Below the pieces are notes generated by a model, which was not told the DNA's origin, ran no database searches, and saw only the letters and a list, made by a program, of their open reading frames with translations. From assembly GCF_044704955.1 (NCBI RefSeq), contig NW_027252079.1, forward strand, positions 248,001-312,000: a stretch of DNA of 64,000 nt, read 5' to 3'. The position numbers and the translations under genes were made by a program. Shown here piece by piece: positions 36,230-49,755 of the stretch. Each line of letters begins with the position of its first letter. Positions within the stretch are counted from its first letter, which is position 1. The DNA is from Pristiophorus japonicus. Lineage: Eukaryota.

Positions 36230-36450
36230 ATCTACACTGTTCCAGCAAACACTCTCAGGGCAGGTACAGCACGGGTTAGATACAGAGTAATGCTCCCTCG
36301 ACAGTGTCCCATCACACTCCCAGGGCAGTTACAGCATGGGTTAGATACAGAGTAAAGCTCCTTTTACACTGGCCCATCAAACACTCCCAGGGCACGTTCA
36401 GCACAGGTTAGTTCCAGAATAAAGCTCACTCTACACTGTCCCATCAAATG
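36230..36450 (-). repeat. 66-bp repeat family, inverted
   Basis: Same unit as 32110-32295. Confidence 0.8.
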
Positions 36451-36474
36451 TCCAGTGTAATGTATGTCCCTGTG

Positions 36475-37165
36475 AAGATGAAGACCAGACCCTCAAATCT
36501 GGCGGATATCAATACAGGGCTTTTTGATACCCGCCCTCCTGTATGGCTCAGAGACGTGGACCACATACAATAGACACCTCAAATCGCTGGAGGTATACCA
36601 CCAGCATTGTCTCCACAAGATCCTGCAAATCCCCTGTGAAGACAGACGCACCAACGTTAGTGCTAACGATCAGGCCAACATCCACAGCATCGAAGCACTG
36701 ACTACACTCGACCAGCTCCTTTAGGCAGGCCACATTGTACACATGCCTAACACAAAACTCCCAAAGTAAGCGCTACTCAGCACTTCTACATGGCTAGCGA
36801 GCCCGAGGTAGGCAGAGGAAACGTTTCAAGGGCACCCTCAAAGCCTCCTTGATAAAATGCAACATCCCCACCGACACCTGGAAGTCCCTGGTCAAAGACC
36901 ACACTAAGTGGAGGAAGAGCATCCGGGAAGGCACTGAGCACCTCAAATCTCGTTGTCGAGAGCATGTAGAAATCAAGCGCATGCAGTGGAAGGAACGTGT
37001 GGCAAACCAGATTCCCCACCCATCCATTCCTTCAATGACTGTCTGTCCCATTTGTGACAGACTGTAATTCTCGTATTGGACTGTACAGTCACCTGAGAAC
37101 TCACTTTTAGAGTGGAAGCAAGACTTCCTCGATTTTGAGGGATTGTTTATGGTGATGATGATGAG
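36475..37165 (+). mobile_element. RTE LINE 3' fragment
   Basis: IPALLYGSETWTTY...; tail ...tatggtgatgatgatg. Confidence 0.85.
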
Positions 37166-38209
37166 GCTTAGGAGAAAGTGATTAACTTAGAAAGCTTTAT
37201 TGACAGTGTCACAGGATGAGCCCTTTTCCATTTCATGCTTTTAACCGCATGCAGACGAGTCACAAAACAGCCTCATAAACTGTTCATTCAAGGAACCTTC
37301 ATTCCTGCAACCCTTATTTTCTCCCTTCTTAGACAACTTTGCAAAAATCATCGAACATTTAATTAGGGACATTAGATTTTGGGATTTTGGAACAAGAATA
37401 GATGGATACATTTGTTGTGCTGGTTACATCCAATTATCAACTTGTCTGAAAAGTGCTTCGGAAAATAACCTATCATGCGCTATGCCTCCTCCCATTGCCT
37501 GGGGGAATGGGGCAGACATTTAAAGGGACAGGGACTCCGTTTTCTCTGCATCTTTACAGTTAAAAGGACTATCCAGTTTATCTTGGAGTGTCAGAAGACT
37601 TCATGAACTGAGCTCGCATTTACAGTCACTCCCTTTTATACTGTGCAGTGATTGTAAAGCTGTAGATTTCATTGACTTGAGCCTTTCTAAAATGCCTCAC
37701 TTTTTTTTGATGCTCCATTTAACTTGCTTGTCTAATTTGGAAAGACTTCAGAAGTGTGCAGTGTGACGAAGGTTTCGTTTAAAGGTGGAATAAAATTTGT
37801 TTCAAAATATTCTGCTCTCACCCTCCCCCAACCCCCCAAATTTTAGAATACTCTGCAGTACTGATTGGGAAGTTCTCAGGTTCGATCCTTGATCTGGGCT
37901 GTTCGTTGATCTCAGCCAAGGCAGCAGTTCAAGGGTTATAATTGTCCTCAGTACCACTGGGCTAAATAAGAGTAAAAAAATCAGCCACTGTCCCTGCTCT
38001 TCGTACCGATCCAACTGGGAAATGTGTGGATGTCATTTCAAGACAGGATTTGAGGCTGTGATGCCTACCAGAGTGGAAATTCTGCTGGCACTCATTGAGT
38101 CGACTGACGGTGAGGCACTAGAATTTAACTAATGTCTGTGGAATTGCACCCAGCCAGATTCAGCACTTTCTGGGGATAAAATATCCGACTATGAAATTAA
38201 ATTTTTTAA

Positions 38210-38530
38210 ATCCAGCAGAGAACAACTAAAGAAATAATTAAGAGAGGGAAGATAGATTATGAAAGTAAACTTGGACGAAATATAAAAATAAATAGTAAGA
38301 GTTTCTACGGGTATATGTAAAGGAAAAAAATTGGCTAAAGTAAATGTTGGTCTCCTGGAGGAGGAGATTGGGAATTAATAATGGAGAATAGGGAAATGGC
38401 AGAGGCATTGAACAAATATTTTATATCGGTCATCATGGTAGAAGACACATCCCAATAATGGATAATCAAAGGGTTATAGGTAGGGAGGAAGTTAATACAC
38501 TCACTATCATTAATCAAGTAGTACTACGTA
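38210..38530 (+). mobile_element. CR1 ORF2 fragment
   Basis: Tether-region remnant homologous to 44350-44640. Confidence 0.7.
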
Positions 38531-38534
38531 ATTC

Positions 38535-39632
38535 CTAGGTGTCGGTGGGGATGTTGAACTTCTTCAAGGAGGCCTTGAGGTTGTCCTTGAAGTGTTTCCT
38601 ATGCCCCCCTAGGGTTCGCTTGCAATGTTGAAGCTCTGAGTAGAGCGTTTACTTTGGGAGTCTCGTATCGGGCATATGGACGATGTGGCCTGTCCATCGT
38701 CGCTGATCGAGCGTGGTCAATGTTTCAATGCTGAGGATGTTGGCCTGCACGAGAACAGACGTTGGTGCACCTATCCTACCAATAGATTTGCAGAATCTTC
38801 TGGAGGCAACGTTGATGGTACTTCTCCAGTGCACTGATGTGCCTGCTGCACATAGTCCATGTCTGAGATGCATGTATGAGGGCAGGTATCACTACTGCTC
38901 TGTAGACCAGGAGCTTTGTGTCGGTTTTAAGATCCTGGTCTTCAAACACTCTATTGCCTAAGCTGCGCTGGAACACTGAAGGCAGTGTGGGACCTCGTCA
39001 TCAGTATTTTCCCTTGTTGACAGCAGACTCCCGAGGTATGAAAAATGGTCCACGTTGTCCAAGGCCTCATCATGGATTTTGATTGTCACGGGGCGGGGGG
39101 GGGGGGGGGGGTGGGGGGGTGGGGGTGAGCAGTATTGTATAGCGGAGGCAGGTTGATAGAGCACCTTTGTTTTATGGATGTTTAGTTTAACGCCTGTGCT
39201 CTCAGACGCTAGTGAATGTGTTGATGATGGCTTGGAGTTAGTCCTCCAAGTAGGCGCAGACGCAAGCAACATCTGCATATTGTAATTCGAGGACAGAGGA
39301 TGGCACGACCTTGGATCTGGTCTGAAGATGATGGAGGTTGAACAGTTTCCCGTTTGTTCTATAGATTTTCTCCACTTCAGCGGGAAGCTTACTGATGGTG
39401 AGATGTAGCATTGCAGCAAGGAAGATCGAGAAGAGCATCGGTGCAATGACACAGCCTTGCTTCGCTTCAGTTAGTACATGAAATGGGTCTGTGCTGGATC
39501 CATTTATCAGGATCACGGCTTGCTTGTTATCATGAAGCAAGCGGAGGATGGTGACAAATTTTTGAGGACAGGCAAATTTGTAGAGTACACTCCATAATCC
39601 CTCCCAGTTGACAGTGTCAAAGGCCTTGGTCA
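38535..39632 (-). mobile_element. RTE LINE ORF fragment
   Basis: KQGCVIAPMLFSIF, LQYADV, FSYLGS and TKLLVYRAVVIPAL motifs. Confidence 0.85.
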
Positions 39633-39711
39633 GGAAAAAGGTTGAAGCAACCCCACAGTCACTGATACCAATCTTCTCCCATGTGATATAAACAAACCCT
39701 GGTCACCGACG

Positions 39712-41380
39712 CCAAGTGGACTGGGGAAATATGTTAAAGAATAAGACTGTAGCAATGCAGTGGCAAACATTTAAGGAGATATTTCATAACTTTCAGCAAA
39801 GATTTATTCAAATGAGAAATAAAGATGCTAAGAGAAGGATAAACCATTCCTGGCTAACTATGGAAGTAAAGGATGGTGTCAAATTGAAAAAAGGCATATA
39901 ATGTTGCGAAAGACAGTGGAAGGCCAGAAGATATTGAAATTTTTAGAAACCAGCAAAGGACGAAAAAATGATAAAGACGGAGAAGATAGCAGATGAGAGT
40001 AAACTAGCAAGAAATATAAAAACAGACAGTAAGAGCTTCTACGGAGATATAAAAAGGAAACGAGTAGCTAAAGTAAATGTTTGGTCCCTTAGAGGATGTA
40101 ACTGCAGAATTAATAATGGGAAAGACGGAAATGGCAGAGACTTTCAACACACATTTTGTATTGTTCTTCAGGTAGAGGACGGTAGAGGATGCTAAAAACA
40201 TCCCAATAATCAATAACCTTGATAATCAAGGAGCTATTGCGGTGGGGGCGGGGGGAGGGGGTCAGTGATGGTAATTTAAAATGGTCACTATCACTAGAGA
40301 TAAAGTACTAATCAAACTAATGGGACTAAAGGTGCATCAGTCCAGTGGACCTGATTGCATGCATCCTAGGATCTTAAAAGAAGTGGCTGCAGAGACAATG
40401 GATGCACTGGTTGTAATCTATCAAAATTTCCTGATTTCTGGAGAGGTCCCAGCGGACTGGAAAACTGCAAATGTAACACCCTATTTAACAAAGGAGGAAG
40501 ACAGAAAGCAGGAAACTATAGACCAGTTAGCCTACCATCTGTCATTGGGAAAATACTGGAGCCCATCATTAAAGAAGTAGTAGCAGGACATATAGAAAAT
40601 CAGATTGCAGTCGCAGAGTGAGCATGGTTTAATGAAAGGTAAATCATGTTTGACAAATTTACTGGAGTTGTTTAAGGATGTAACGAGCAGAGTGGATAAA
40701 GGAGAACCAGTTGATGTCATATATTTGCATTTCCAGAAAGCATTCGATAAGGTACCACACAAAAGATTATTGCACAAGCTAAGAGCTCACGGGTTGTGGG
40801 TAATATATCAGCATGGATAGATGATTGGCTAACTAAGAAAACAGAGTCGGGATAAATGGGTAATTTTCAGGTTAGCAAACTGTAGCTAGTGGGGTGCTGC
40901 AGGGATCAGTGCTGGGACCGCAACTATTTATAATCTATATTAATGACTTGGATGAAGGGACCAAGTGCAATGCAGCCAAATGTGTTGATGATACAAAGAT
41001 AGGTGGGAAAGCAAGTTGTGAGGAGGATGCAAATAATCTACAACGGGATATAGATAGGCTCAATGAGCGGGCAAAAATCTGGCAGATGGACTATAAGGTG
41101 ATAACATGTCAGGTTATCTCCTTTGGTAGGAAAAATAAAAAATCTAATTTTTATTTAAGTAGGACGATTACAAAATGCTGTAGTACAGAATGATGTGGGG
41201 GTTCTTGTACACGAAACTCAAAAAGTTAGCATGCAGGTACAGCAAGTGATCAGGAAGGCATATGGAATGCTGGCTTTTAGTGCAAGGGGGATGGAGTATA
41301 AAAGTAGGGAAGTCCTGCTACAATTGTACAGGGCATTGTTAAGACTACACCTGGAGTACTGCACACAGTTTTGGTCTGGA
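39712..41380 (+). mobile_element. Decayed CR1 ORF2
   Basis: GKSCLTNLLE, FQKAFDKVPH, QGSVLGPQLF motifs with frameshifts. Confidence 0.88.
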
Positions 41381-41858
41381 CTTGTCTCCATTCCCATGCC
41401 AAGGGGATTGCTACACCAGACGGGAGGGACAACATTTGGGGGACACGGATTCCACAGCAATTCCCATTCTCCTTCTGTCTGGTGGATAATGGAGGGGCCA
41501 CTCTGTGTAATGTGCAAGTCAGTAAGAACTGTTTTCAAGCTCTTTCTAATTGAGATTTTACTAAGTGGAAATTTTGCACTGAAGATCAATTTAGGATTAA
41601 AGTAAAAATGCATAATTTTATTGCAAACTGAATTTCTGTTGAGAGTCGCTGAATTAAGGGGAAAGATAACACACAGCATTTCTTAAATGGACACTACAGC
41701 CCCGAGAACACAATCAGCAATATATCCAGAATATTAAAGTCCAGCCCAGTTATACGGTTATTAACATCAACAGAAACAAACCCCAACTGTCAGAATGAAC
41801 GTGGTTCAATCGGGATGTGATTAACAGCAGCAATAACAGCAGATTTCAACCCCTGCAG

Positions 41859-42684
41859 TCACTTGTGAACTCGCTGGTGTCTCAGCAGGGTGGATGATTG
41901 AGTGAATCACTTCCCACACTCAGAGCAGGTGAACGGCCTCTCCCCAGTGTGAACTCACTGGTGTCCCAGCCTGCTGGATGACCAAGTGAATCCCGTCCCA
42001 CATTCAGAACAGATGAACGGCCCCTTCCCAGTGTGAACTCGCTGGTGAGTTACAAGTTGGGATGACCCAGTGAACTTCTTCCCACACACGGAGCAGGTGA
42101 GCGGCCTTTCCCCAGTGTGAATTCGTTGGTGAATTAGAAAGAGGGATAACCAAATGAATCCATTTCCACACACGGGGTAGGTGAATGGCCTCTCTCTAGT
42201 GTGAACTCGATGGTTTGTTACAAATTGGGATGACTGAGTGAATCCCTTCCCACACACGGGGCAGGTGAATGGCCTCTCCCCAGTGTGAATGCGTCGATGC
42301 ATTTCCAGAGCAGACGGCGATCTGAATACCTTCCCACAGTCACCACATTTCCATGGTTTCTCCATGGTGCGAGTATCCTTGTGACTCTCCATGGTTGGAC
42401 GATCGGCTGAAGCCTCGCCCACGCACACAACACGTTTACAGTTTCTCCGTGCTTTGAATGGTGTGATGTTTTTTCGGGCTGTGTAACTGGTTAAAGCTCT
42501 TTCCATAGGCAGTGCACTGGAACACTCACTCGGGTGTGTGTGTCTCGGCGCTTTTCCAGTCACACTGATATTTGAAATCTTTTCCCACAGCAGAACAGGC
42601 AAACATTTCTCCTTCCACTTTCAAAGGCCGATGATGTGATGTTTGGTTTGTGTTTCCTGTCTGTAAATCTCCCCTTCTGATATG
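41859..42684 (-). pseudogene. C2H2 zinc-finger array gene, last exon, probably pseudogenised
   Basis: ttttacag acceptor at 42685-42686; HTGERPF linkers, about 6 fingers; in-frame TGAs at 41955 and in CGK*FTQ; one finger has C->Y; ancestral stop at 41859-41861. Confidence 0.8.
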
Positions 42685-42879
42685 CTGTAAAAGAAGATAA
42701 CAAAACTCATCATTGTCAGTACAAGACAGAAATTCAGAATAGACACATCTAGTATCCATGGAACATTCTTTCCTCTCTTGTTCTTCCAAAGCTGTAAATC
42801 CCTGTCTCACACATTGTCCCTCCTGCTGTGCTGAAATCCAAACCAATTGCACATTTCCAGACAGTTTCTCCTCCACTCT

Positions 42880-43890
42880 CAGTTTTCACCACCAATTCTG
42901 GCTGGGTTCAGGTCTACACTCACTGGTACACTTCCTTCTCCTAAAGGAGTGTAATCTGGCTGGGTTCAGACATAGACTCTCTGGTTCCCCTCCCTCTCCC
43001 CCCCTGTAGGTGCTGACTATGGCTGGGACCAGTTCCACATTCACTGGTTTCCCTGCCTCTTTTCCCGTAAAAGTGCTGACTCTGGATTTGAGGATGTCAC
43101 GATCAGGGTGGATGAAGAGGAACCAGTGGATGTGGTGTATTTGGACTTCCAAGTGGTATTTGACAAATTTAAGAAACTGTTTCTTAACTGATAAAGGAAT
43201 AAGGGGTTATGGAGAGTGGGCAAGGAAGTGGACCTGAGTCCATGATCAGATCAGCCATGATCGTATTAAATGGTGGAGCAGACTCGAGGGGCCGGATGGC
43301 CTACTCCTGCTCCTACTTCTTATGTTCTTATGCTGACTCTGTCTGAGTTCAGTTCTACACTCACTGGTTCCCCTCCCTTCCCTGATGGTGCTGACTCTGG
43401 CTGGGTTCAGTTCTATACTCACCAGTTCTCCTCCCTCTCCTCCCCTGAAGATGCTGACTCCAGCTGAGTTCAGTTTTACAATCACTGGTTCCGCTCTCTC
43501 TCCTGCCCTCCCTGTAGGTGCTGACACTGGCTTGGTTCAGTTCTACACTCACTGGTTCCCCTCCCCTGAAGGTCTGACTCTGGCTGGGTTCACTACCACT
43601 CACTGGGTCCCCTCCCCTGAAGGTGCTGACACTGTCTGGGTTCACTTCTTCAATCACACAAACCCCACTCTCTGCTCCCCTGAAGATGCTGACTCTGGCT
43701 GGGTTCAGTTCTACACTCACTTGTTCCCCTCCCTATCCTCTCCTGAATGAGCTGGATCTGGCAGAGTTCAGTTCTACACTCCCTTGTTCCCCTCCCTCTC
43801 CCTCCCCCTCCCTCCCCAGATGGTGCTGACTCTGGTTGGGTTTAATTCTACAATCATTGGTTTCCTCTCCCTCTCTCCTCCTCTGAAGTG
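42880..43890. repeat. ~60-bp degenerate tandem repeat in the presumed ZNF intron, with a short internally deleted CR1 at ~43088-43330
   Basis: gtgctgactctggctgggttcagttctacactcactggttcccctcccctgaag; resumes at 46230-46655. Confidence 0.85.
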
Positions 43891-43904
43891 CTGGCTATCT
43901 CAGC

Positions 43905-46226
43905 TCTGGTCCTATATAATGCAACAGGATTAATAAACAATCTCCGAGTAAAGGACCGCCTTGGAATGAGTGATCATAGCATGGTTGAATTTCAAATTCA
44001 GATGGAGGGTGAGAAAGTTGGATCTCAAACCACCGTTCTAAGCTTAAATGATGGAGACTACAAGGGTATGAGGGCAGATTTGGCTAAAGTGGACTGGGAA
44101 AATAGATTAAAGTGTCAGACGGTTCATGAACAGTGGTGGACATTTAAGGGAATATTTCACAACTCTCAAGGAAAATATATTCCAGTGAGGAGGAAAGGGT
44201 GTAAAAGAAAAGATAGCCATCCAGGGCTAACTAAAGAAATAAAGGATGGTATCCAATTAAAAACAAGGGTATACAAAGTGGCCAAAAGTACTGGGAGGAC
44301 AGAAGATTGGGAAGCTTTTAAAAGTCAGCAAAGAATGACTAAAAAAATGATTAAGATAGGGATGATAGACTATGAAAGTAAACTAGTACAAAATATAGAA
44401 ACAAATAGCAAGAGTTTCTACAGGTATATAAAAAGGAAAAGAGTGGCTAAAGTAAATGTTGGTCCCTCAGAGGACGAACCCGGGGAATCAGTGATGGGGA
44501 ACAACGAGATGGCAGAAACTCTGAACAAATATTTTGTATCTGTCTCTACGGTTGAAGACACTAAAAGTATCCCAACAGTGGATGGTCAAGGGGTTATAGG
44601 TGGGGAAGGAACTTACCACAATCACAAAGGAGGTGGTACTCGGTAAGATAATGGGACTAAAGATGGACAAGTCCCCTGGAATTGATGCCTTACATCCTAG
44701 GATCTTAAGAGAAATGGCTGCAGAGATAGTGGATGCATTGGTTGTAATCTATGAAAGTTCCCTGGATTCTGGGGCAGTCACAGCAGATTGGAAAACTGCA
44801 AATGTAACGCCCCTATTTAAAAAAGGAGGCAGACAAAAAGCAGGAAACTATAGACCAGTTAGCCTAACATCTGTGGTTGGGAAAAAGCTGGAGTCCATTA
44901 GCAAGGAAGCAGTAGCGGGACATTTGGAAAAGCATGATTCAATCAAGCAGAGTCAGCATGGTTTTATGAAAGGGAAATCATGTTTGACAAATTTGCTAGC
45001 GTTCTTTGAGGATGTAATGAGCAGGGTGGATAAGGGGGGACCAGTGAATGTGGTGTATTTGGATTTCTAGAAGGCATTCGATAAGTGGCCACATAAGAGG
45101 TTACTGCACAAGATAAAAGCTCACAGAATTGGGGTAATATATTAGCATGGATAGAAGATTGGCTAACTAACACAAAACAGAGTCGGGATAAATGGGTAAT
45201 TTTCCGATTGCCAAACAGTGACTAGTGGGGTGCCGCAGGGATTGGTGCTGGGTACCTAACTATTTACAATCTATATTAATGACATGGATGAAGGGAACAA
45301 GTGTAATATAGCCAAGTTTGCTGACTACACAAAGATGGGTGGGAAAGCAAATTGTGAGGACACAAAAAATCTGCAAAGGGACATAGACAGGCTAAGTGAG
45401 TGCGCAAAAATTAGTAGATGGAGTATAATGTGGGAAAATGTGAGGTTATTCACTATGGCAGAAATAATAGAAAAGCAAATTATAATTTAAATGGAGAAAA
45501 ATTGCAAAGTGCTGCAGTACAGAGGGCCCTGGAGGTCCTTTTGCATGAAACATAAAAAGTTAGTTTTCAGGTACAGCAAGTAATCAGGAAGGCAAATGGA
45601 ATGTTGGCCTTTATTGCAAAGGGGATAGAGTATAAAAGCAGAGAATTCCTACTACAACTGTACAGGGTATTGGTGAGGTCACACCTGGAGTACTGCGTCC
45701 AGTTTTGGTCTCTGTATTTAAGGAAGGATATACTTGCATTGTAGGCTGTTCAAAGAAGGTTCACGAGGTTCATTCCATAGATGAGGGGGTTGACTTATGA
45801 GGATAGGTTGAGTAGGTTGGGCCTATACACATTGGAGTTCAGAAGAATGAGGGGTGATCTTGTTGAAACTTATAAGATAATGAGGGGGCTCGATAAGGTG
45901 GATGTAGAGAGGATATTTCCACTCATCAGGGAAACTAAAACTAGGGGACATAGAATAAGAGGCCACCCATTTAAAACTGAGATGAGAAGGAATTTCTTCT
46001 TCACGGGGTCATAAATCCATGGAATTCTCTGCCCCAAAGAGCTGTGGATGCTGGGTCATTGAATATATTTAAGGTGGAGATCGACACATTTTTGAGCGAT
46101 AAGGGAGTAAATGGTTATGGGGAGTGGACAGGGAAGTGGAGCCGAGTCCATGATCAAATCAGCCATGATCTTATTGAATGGGGAGCAGGCTCGATGGCCT
46201 ACTCCTGCTCCTATTTCTTATGTTCT
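43905..46226 (+). mobile_element. CR1 ORF2 (endonuclease end, RT) with 3' tail, decayed
   Basis: LGMSDH, NYRPVSLTSVVGK, QHGFMKGKSCLTNL, KFADYTK; tail tttcttatgttc. Confidence 0.92.
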
Positions 46227-46229
46227 AGA

Positions 46230-46655
46230 CTGTTTCCCCTCCACTCCCAGTTTTCACCACCAATTCTGGCTGCGTTCAATCCTCCCCTGATGGTGCTGAC
46301 TCTGGCTGCGTTCAGTTCCACACTCACTGGTTCCCTTCCCCTGAAGGTGCTGACTCTGGCTGGGTTCAGTTCCACACTCACTGGTTCCCTTCCCCTGAAG
46401 GTGCTGACTCTGGCTGGGTTCAGTTTCACACTCTCTTGTTCTCCTCCCCTGAAGGTACTGACTCTGGCTTGGTTCAGTTTCACACTCTCTTGTTCTCCTC
46501 CCCTGAAAGTACTGACTCTGGCTGGGTTCAGTTCCACACTCACTGGTTCCCCTCCCCTGAAGGTGTTGACTCTGTCTGGGTTCAGTTCGACACTCACTGG
46601 TTCCACTGCCACTCCTCCCCTGAAGGTGCTGACTCTGGCTGGGTTCAGTTTCAGA
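46230..46655. repeat. ~57-bp tandem repeat, same family as 42880-43890
   Basis: Near-perfect copies of the same unit. Confidence 0.9.
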
Positions 46656-46689
46656 CACTGACATCATTCACTTTGTTCGTGTACCAACA

Positions 46690-47062
46690 TAGCCGCGCAT
46701 GCGCTGTGCTACTCGCTGAATCAAGATGGCGGAGCGCTGAACCTGCCTTCCTGCACAAAGATGGCCGCCGTTAGCCTGGGTCTGTGACCGGGAGGAAGCT
46801 CCGAAGCTGCAACCGCCGATTTTCCGGTTATTATTCCGGGCTTGCGGCGGGCACCAGTTGTTTATGTAGCCTCTCCGGCTCCCCGCTGGTCCATTACTCT
46901 GCTCCGTCCCGCTGAAAAGGACACTTCTGTACTGCCTGTCCAAAACGTGTCGCTTCCACCATTGCACGCATCGCGCATGCTCCAAAGGCAGTCATGGCCC
47001 GCGCTTGCGCACTGAGCTCCTGTAGTCTGGGTGCGGCACAGTCTCCCCCGCGGGGCATGCTG
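46690..47062. promoter_or_regulatory. CpG-island promoter-like region, probably of the ZNF gene
   Basis: NRF1 GCGCATGCGC 46695-46704; YY1-like CAAGATGGCGG 46722-46732 and AAGATGGCCGCC 46758-46769; high CpG density. Confidence 0.65.
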
Positions 47063-47064
47063 GA

Positions 47065-47342
47065 TAGATAAGACCATGAGAATTCGGAGCAGGAGTGGGC
47101 CACCCGGACCCCCGAGTCTGCTCCCCATTGAATAAGATTAAGGCTGGTCTGATCTTAGACTCAGCTCAACTTCCCTGCCCGCTCCCCAGAACCCTTTACT
47201 CCCTTATCGCTCAAAAATCTGTCTATCTTCACCTTAAATATATTCAATGACCCAGCCTCCACTGCACTCTGGGTCAGAGAATTCCACAGATTTGCAACCC
47301 TCTGAGAGAAGAAATTCCTCCTCATCTCAGTTTTAAATGGGC
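47065..47342 (-). mobile_element. CR1 3' fragment
   Basis: FKTEMRRNFFSQRVANLWNSL. Confidence 0.85.
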
Positions 47343-47889
47343 TGAGGAGAAAGGCTGCATTTGTAAATAGAACAGGATTTACTGTGATTGCATTGGGCAC
47401 TGAACCATGTTTATTCTGGCAGCTCTTGTTTGTTTCTGATGATCTTAATAACCCCTATACCTGAGCTGGAGATTAATAACCTGCATAAATGTTGAATAAA
47501 TTATCTTTATTTCATACACAGTTTGTCGAATATTTGATTCCTTCATGATCAGAAGAGACGACTTGATGTTCTGTTACTGACTGTTCCATTTTAGTGCTTT
47601 TTCTTAATCTAACTTATATCCCTTCTATCATATCAAACCCCAAACTTGTTCCGTTTGAGTACATGAATTGTGGTTGTAGCAGACTTAACTGCAGTGTCTC
47701 ACTTTAAACTCAGCTGAAATCTTTTGAATCACCCCTTTATTGAACTGTCTTGATAAGATTTGAAATCCGTTACTTTCTGTTACCCGTTTTTGGAACTGAT
47801 TGAATTTTAAAAACTCATTCATACATTTTGCACGTGATAGCCTGTGAAATATTCTGATATTTGTAATTGTCATTGCCACAAACTCCATT

Positions 47890-48470
47890 CTCTAGCCACT
47901 GACTCCATCCCTCTGCCCAACTTCTGTCTGAAGTTCGCAACCTTGGTGTCATACTTAACCCTGAAATAAGTTTTTGACCACATATCCACAGCATAACTAA
48001 GATTGCCTATTTCCACCTCTGTAACATTACCAATCTCCGCCCCTGCCTCAGCTCATCCACTGCTAAAGCCCTCATCCATGCCTTTGTTACTTCTCGACTT
48101 GACTATTCCGAGGCACTCCTCCAACATTCTACCCTACATAAATTAGAGTTGATCTAAAACTCGGCTGCCCGTGTCCTAACTCACATCAAGTCCAGCTCAC
48201 CCATCACCCCTATGCTCACTGACTTACATTGGCTTCTGGTTAAGCAATGCCTTGATTTCAAAATTCGAATACTTATTTTCAAATCCCTCCATGGCCTCGC
48301 CCCTCCCTAGTTCTGTAAACTCCTTCAGCCCCACAACCGCCCCCTCCCTGCCCATGAGATATCTGTCTTCCTGAGCATCCCTGATTATAATTGTTCAACC
48401 ATTGGTGGCTTTCGTGGCTGTGCCTTCTGTTGCCCAGGCCCCAAGTTCTGGAATACCCAGACTAAACCTT
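47890..48470 (+). mobile_element. L2-type LINE 3' fragment
   Basis: aaccttggtgtcat (NLGV) and LIHAFVTSRLDY-type sequence; ctggaata near the end. Confidence 0.7.
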
Positions 48471-48473
48471 CCT

Positions 48474-49010
48474 GTCTAACCCGTGCTGTCCCTGCCCTGG
48501 CAGTTTTTGTTGGGACACTGTAGAGCACGTTTTTCTCTGTAACTACTCTGTGCTATATCTTCCGTCGGAGTGTTTGATTGGACAGTGTAGAGGGAACGTT
48601 ACTCTGTATGTACCCATTGCTGTATCTGCCCTGAGAGTCTTTCATGGACAGTGTAGAGGGAGTTTTATTCTGTATCTAACCCGTGTTGTATATTCCCTGG
48701 GAATGGTTGATGGGACAGTGTAGAGGGATCTTTTCTCTGTCTCTAACAAATGCTGTATCTGCCCTGGAATGTCTGCGATAGGTTAGAGGGAGATGTTTTC
48801 TGTGTCTAACCTGTACTGTACTTGCCCTGGGAACGTCTGGTGGAACAGTATAGAGGGAGCTTTACTCTGTATTTAACCCATGTTGTACCTGCCCTGGGAG
48901 AGTTTGATGGGACAGTGTAGAGGGAGCTTTACTCTGTATCTAACTCGTACTGTACCTTCCCTGGAAGTGTCTGGTGGGACAGTGTATTGGGATACTTACT
49001 GTGTACCTAA
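48474..49010 (+). repeat. 66-bp repeat family array
   Basis: Same unit as 14710-16140. Confidence 0.85.
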
Positions 49011-49059
49011 TCATATCCGTTTTACCCCGTAGAGGATGAAATCTGCACTGTGACTCAGA

Positions 49060-49755
49060 GAGGAACTCCTCAGCCACAGGGAAAAGACAGTTGAGGAGGA
49101 TTCTAGTGATGACTTTCCCAGTGGCTGATAACAGGGAGATTCCTCTGTAATTGCCACAGTCGGACTTGCCCCTTTTTTAAAAGATGGTCGCGATTACTTT
49201 ATCTCTGAGATCTCCAGGCATGGTCTCCTCCTTCTTGTAGAGAGAGATGAGTTCATAGATTCGTGCCAATAGTGCCTCTCTGCCATACTTTAGTGCCTCA
49301 GCAGGGATTCCATCTGCTCCCAATGCCTTGTTGTCCTTGAGCTGGCGGATGGCCTTTTCTGCCTTGTGCAAGTCTGGGGTTTTGCTGAGATAGCATGCTG
49401 CGGGATGGAGTCGAGGGCACTCGAGTCAAAGGCAGAGTCTCGGCTAAGGAGATCTTTGAAGTGTTCCTTCCAGTGGGTCCTGATTGCCTCAGTGTCCTTG
49501 ATGAGTGTCTCCCCGTTCTTGGCCAGCAGTGGGGTGGGGCCTTGGGTGTTTGGGCTAGAGGTGGATTGACTGCAATGAAGAATCCTCGCACATGATGTCT
49601 GTCAGTCAGCTGCTGAATTTCCTGTGCTTTCTCCACCCACCATCTATTCTTTAGGTTGCGCATTTTTTGTTGGACCTCGGCACTAAGCTGTCTGTAATGC
49701 TTCTTTGCTGCTCCCAAGTTGGGTTGTTTTAGGTTCAGAAATGCCCTGCGCTTGC
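49060..49755 (-). mobile_element. RTE LINE internal fragment
   Basis: KAIRQLKDNKALGADGIPAEALK; WWVEKAQEIQQL. Confidence 0.82.

Noticed and set aside
37860-38160. tRNA gene (ggttcgatcc B-box)
   Set aside because: No cloverleaf; more likely a decayed SINE head
43246-46774. ORFs with VLTLAGFSSTLTG repeats
   Set aside because: Translations of the ~57-60-bp tandem repeat; no coding evidence
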